This document shows, in pieces, positions 61,101 to 64,000 of a DNA stretch of 64,000 bases. Position numbers and translations under genes: made by a program. Numbering within the stretch: position 1 is the stretch's first letter; each line of letters starts with the position of its first letter. Origin of the DNA: Acidobacteriota bacterium (lineage in GTDB: Bacteria; Acidobacteriota; UBA890; WLXD01); the NCBI GenBank assembly GCA_965205505.1, contig CBDBHB010000008.1, positions 928,001 to 992,000 of the forward strand. The letters run 5' to 3'. Below the pieces are notes generated by a model. It saw only the letters and a list, made by a program, of their open reading frames with translations. It did not search any database and had not been told where the DNA came from.

Positions 61101-63480
61101 TTATTGGAGGTAGCCGAGAGCACGGAGCCGACTGGCGAGCTCGGCGTCGATCACCGCGTCCTCAGACTCGAGAAGGCTCTGCTGCGAGGAGGCCCTGGCG
61201 TGCATGACGAGTTGGAGATATCCGGCCAATGCGGGTGACTGACCGGAAACCTCGACCTGCTCCCTCGGGTCGGTGCGCCAACGAAACATGCGCGCCGTTT
61301 GATCCACGCCCGGCGCGCCCGGGTACCGTTCGATGAGATGGTGGCTACCCGTTAGCAGGCTGTCGACTCGGTGTCGGTCGAGCTCGATGTATGCCACCAG
61401 GCGTCGCGTCGCGAAGCGCTCGTCCTCGGTACCTTCTTGTGCGGTCGAGATCACCGGCAACAGGCTGTCGCCAGCGGACCCTGGCGGAGGCGGCACGCCG
61501 ACCAGGTCTAGGATCGTCGGCAGAATATCGACGTGTTGGACGGGTGCGTCGACGCGGGTGCCGGCAGCCCAGCCACCGGGGAACTTGATGACCAGTGGGA
61601 CGAAGATGAGCTCGGAGTAGAGCGTCTGGCCGTGCTCGAATGATCCGTGCTCGAAGAACTCCTCACCGTGGTCGGAAACGAACAGGATCAAGGTCGAATC
61701 GTAGATACCCAATTCGCGCAGGTGATCGAGCAACCGCCCGAACTGCGCATCGTTGTGGGCTATCTCGGCGTCGTACAGATCCACTAAGGCAGCCACCGCA
61801 TCCGTCATCGAGAGGTCGGGCATCTGTTCGAAGGCCTCTACGATCAGGTTCGGGTCCGGGAGATATGGCATCCGCGAATCAAGACGAAAGCGTGAGAGAT
61901 ACGGCTCGCTCGGCGTATACGGCTTGTGGGGGTCATCAGCGTGCAAATAGGCGAAGAACGGCTTGTCCGTTTGGCGTTGCGAGAGCCACTCGAAGAAGGC
62001 GTCGTCGACTCGACCCGACAGCTGGGCGGAAACGAGCGGCTGCGAAGGTGCCCAGTCCGGGACGTAGACGAAGCTGTCGAAGCCGTTTTCGAAACCGAAT
62101 GGGGTCGAGACGTTGCCGTTGGTGACTACAGCGTGGGTCTGATAGCCCCGCTTTTTAAGCAGCCCGGGTAACGTGACCGCTTCGACTGAAAGGGCGTCCA
62201 AGCGACCGAGCACGTCGTGCACGCGCGGCTGAAGACCGGTGAGGATCGACGCCACCGAAGTGCGCGTCCATCCCGACTGCGCCATGGCGTGGTCGAAGAC
62301 GACGCTCTCCAGGCTCATCGCGTCCAGGGAGGGGCTCGTTGGACGCCCGTAACCGTACGTTCCGAGGTGGTCGGCGCGCAGCGTATCCACCAAATAGATA
62401 ATGACGTTGGGTGGCCGCTCGGCCGGCAGGCTTGCCCGCAGCGCGGCCCCGAGGCCGGCCGGCAAACTTTTCGCTACATCCTCAGTCGGGCTGAGAACTT
62501 CGCTGGCCGGCTGGACGACATCCCCAACCTCTGCCCCGTTCGGCTTCGGCGACCCGATACCGGCCGGGGCGGTGAGCGCGGGTTGAAGGATACGAAGTCC
62601 GGAGGCGCGTTCCGGCGTCCCAGGGGCCGGCAGGGCGAGGAAGGACACACGCGCCACGCCGTGGCTATCCAGCGCCGCGCTGAACGGCGCCGCCAGGTCC
62701 GTGCCGGTCAATACGGCAACTCGTGTTGGCGTCGAGCTACCCTCGTAGAAGACGTCGGCGTGCAGCGTGGGCGCGGCCTGTCTGGGAGCGACGCCCCAGG
62801 GCACCACCCGCTCCCAACGCAGCTTCGCACCTGCTTTGACGTCGACGAAGTAGTCGACTCGAGTGTGGAACGGAATCTCGAGCGCTTGGCTGTCAGCGCG
62901 AACCGACCCAAAGGCGAACTCGGAGCCGATGCGAATCCGCTGCCAAGCAACCGCCGGCGACCGCCGGACCGAGTCTCCCGCCCACGGCACCTCATTGCCG
63001 CGATTGCCGTAGCGGAGGACGAGCTCGTTTCGCCCCACACGCAATCGTCGGCGAGGCACACGAACGTGATAGTCATGAAAGCCGCTGAGGAGCGTGACCG
63101 TTGACCACCACCTCGACTCGAGGTTCGGCATCTGCCATTGCTCTCGAGGGTCTGCCCCTGAATCTGATCACCGTGCTGCGCGGATCGAAGGTGTAGAAGT
63201 TCAGGGTCGACTCGGGCCACAGGCCCCAGGCGAACGCCCAATCGGCCGCCCAGTTCTCGTCGTAGCTCCAGCCCCGGATCAGGTGACGGCGGGCTGATGC
63301 GAGGCCCACATTGACGATCCGAGTCTCCGGATGGACGATGGCGAAATCGAGGTTGGCAGCAAAGTCGAACACGACGGGATCGGGGGTGCCGCAGGCAACC
63401 GTGGTCAGCAGCGCCGTCGTCAACAGCGCCATCGAGGGCACGCGGAGCCGGCGCCTGCTCACGGTCGTGTGAAGGCTCAT
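61101..63480 (-). CDS. Sulfatase family lipoprotein, one frameshift near 63098
   Basis: PNVIIYLVDTLRADHLG, QSGWTRTSVASILTG, DPHKPY, YDAEI, SDHGEEF, RLRALGYL; lipobox TVACG. Confidence 0.88.
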
Positions 63481-63499
63481 TCCTCGTCCTCGAGGCCCG

Positions 63500-63569
63500 A
63501 CGGAGCGACCGCAGAGACCCTCACCAGGCCGCGGATCCCGTAGCGGTCCAGTCGAGTGCCGGGTTCCAT
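63500..63569 (-). pseudogene. N-terminal remnant of a Ser/Thr kinase-like gene
   Basis: MEPGTRLDRYGIRGLV resembles the common 'PGTRLGRYEI' kinase start, then breaks off. Confidence 0.45.
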
Positions 63570-63669
63570 GGTGTTACCAGAGGGGGGCGTGCGTGGGAGC
63601 GTGAAGTGTATCGCCCGAACATGCGGGAGCCAACGCAGAATCGGGTGCGCTGAAGGTAACCACGGCCTG

Positions 63670-64000
63670 CTATCGCATCCACACCTGGGCGCTCGACGTA
63701 TCGGGCATGCCCCAATCGGCGCCATTCCAGCCGTCGAAGCCTTCCATACGGAATGCCCAAAAACCTGTGGTGAAATCACTGATCACGATGAGACCGTCCT
63801 CGTTGCGCACGTCGACGCCCCAGGCACCGTTGAACATCGCAGCCGTGCCGCCACCAGAGTTTGGCGGCCCGAGATAGGTGTCGTAGTAGGCGACCGTCAC
63901 CGGCTTCGTCGGATCCATCATGCTGAACACCTGCAGCCCGTCCAGGAGGCCGGAAACGAACACATAGGGCCAGCGCACCTCGTGGTTGTGCACCAGGTGT
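63670..64000 (-). CDS. LVIVD-repeat protein, 5' partial
   Basis: HNHEVRWPYVFVS..DGLQVF..DPTKPVTVAYYDT...GAWGVDV..DGLIVISD. Confidence 0.8.
   Translation of the reverse strand, partial: HLVHNHEVRWPYVFVSGLLDGLQVFSMMDPTKPVTVAYYDTYLGPPNSGGGTAAMFNGAWGVDVRNEDGLIVISDFTTGFWAFRMEGFDGWNGADWGMPDTSSAQVWMR

Noticed and set aside
10051-63104. Long antisense and alternative-frame ORFs (for example 18639-19691, 27634-28596, 29104-30096, 41648-42631, 62217-63104)
   Set aside because: Shadow ORFs of well-supported genes, expected at high GC, with no motifs of their own.
2318-63480. Frameshifts in DUF3467, serine hydrolase, HupE/UreJ, M19, TolB-like and sulfatase genes as programmed recoding
   Set aside because: They are small indels, often in homopolymer runs, in otherwise intact genes, typical of long-read consensus error. 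Reads are needed to decide.
1-64000. CRISPR array or integron cassette array as the explanation for the dispersed repeats
   Set aside because: No regular spacing, no cas or intI gene, mixed orientations and no attC-type RYYYAAC...GTTRRRY structure.

Overview
GC-rich bacterial DNA, most likely Acidobacteriota, inferred from an acidobacterial-type VWA gene, an ADOP-permease remnant and kinase/wHTH/TPR remnants. A few housekeeping-like genes and tRNA-Val(CAC) at 2852 are followed by a ~60 kb mosaic accessory region. It holds a degenerate tRNA 3' copy (att-like), a dead tyrosine integrase, nested IS3 elements, IS21 and IS6 remnants, three MITE-like elements, a further dispersed repeat family and many truncated genes. 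The cargo is biased toward C-N bond chemistry, often with export signals: two spermidine-dehydrogenase-like flavoproteins, a ureohydrolase pair, three M19 dipeptidases, three M24-fold proteins, CocE/NonD, an amidohydrolase, a DMFase-like pair, a triple RidA, a Tat-signal alanine racemase, PQQ proteins and a DddK/W-like cupin. The three most notable signals are: (1) a dispersed ~40 bp element starting CTAGCAGGCCGTGGTGAAAGTGTG that brackets a gene as a perfect 31 bp inverted pair, sits on TAG stops, and is read in frame inside the signal peptides of two unrelated proteins; (2) a Tat leader plus RBS copied from a dehydrogenase onto a low-GC beta-propeller; (3) an apparently secreted active/inactive ureohydrolase pair next to HupE/UreJ. 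Many single-base frameshifts are probably long-read consensus errors. All calls come from motif recognition by eye; no searches were run.
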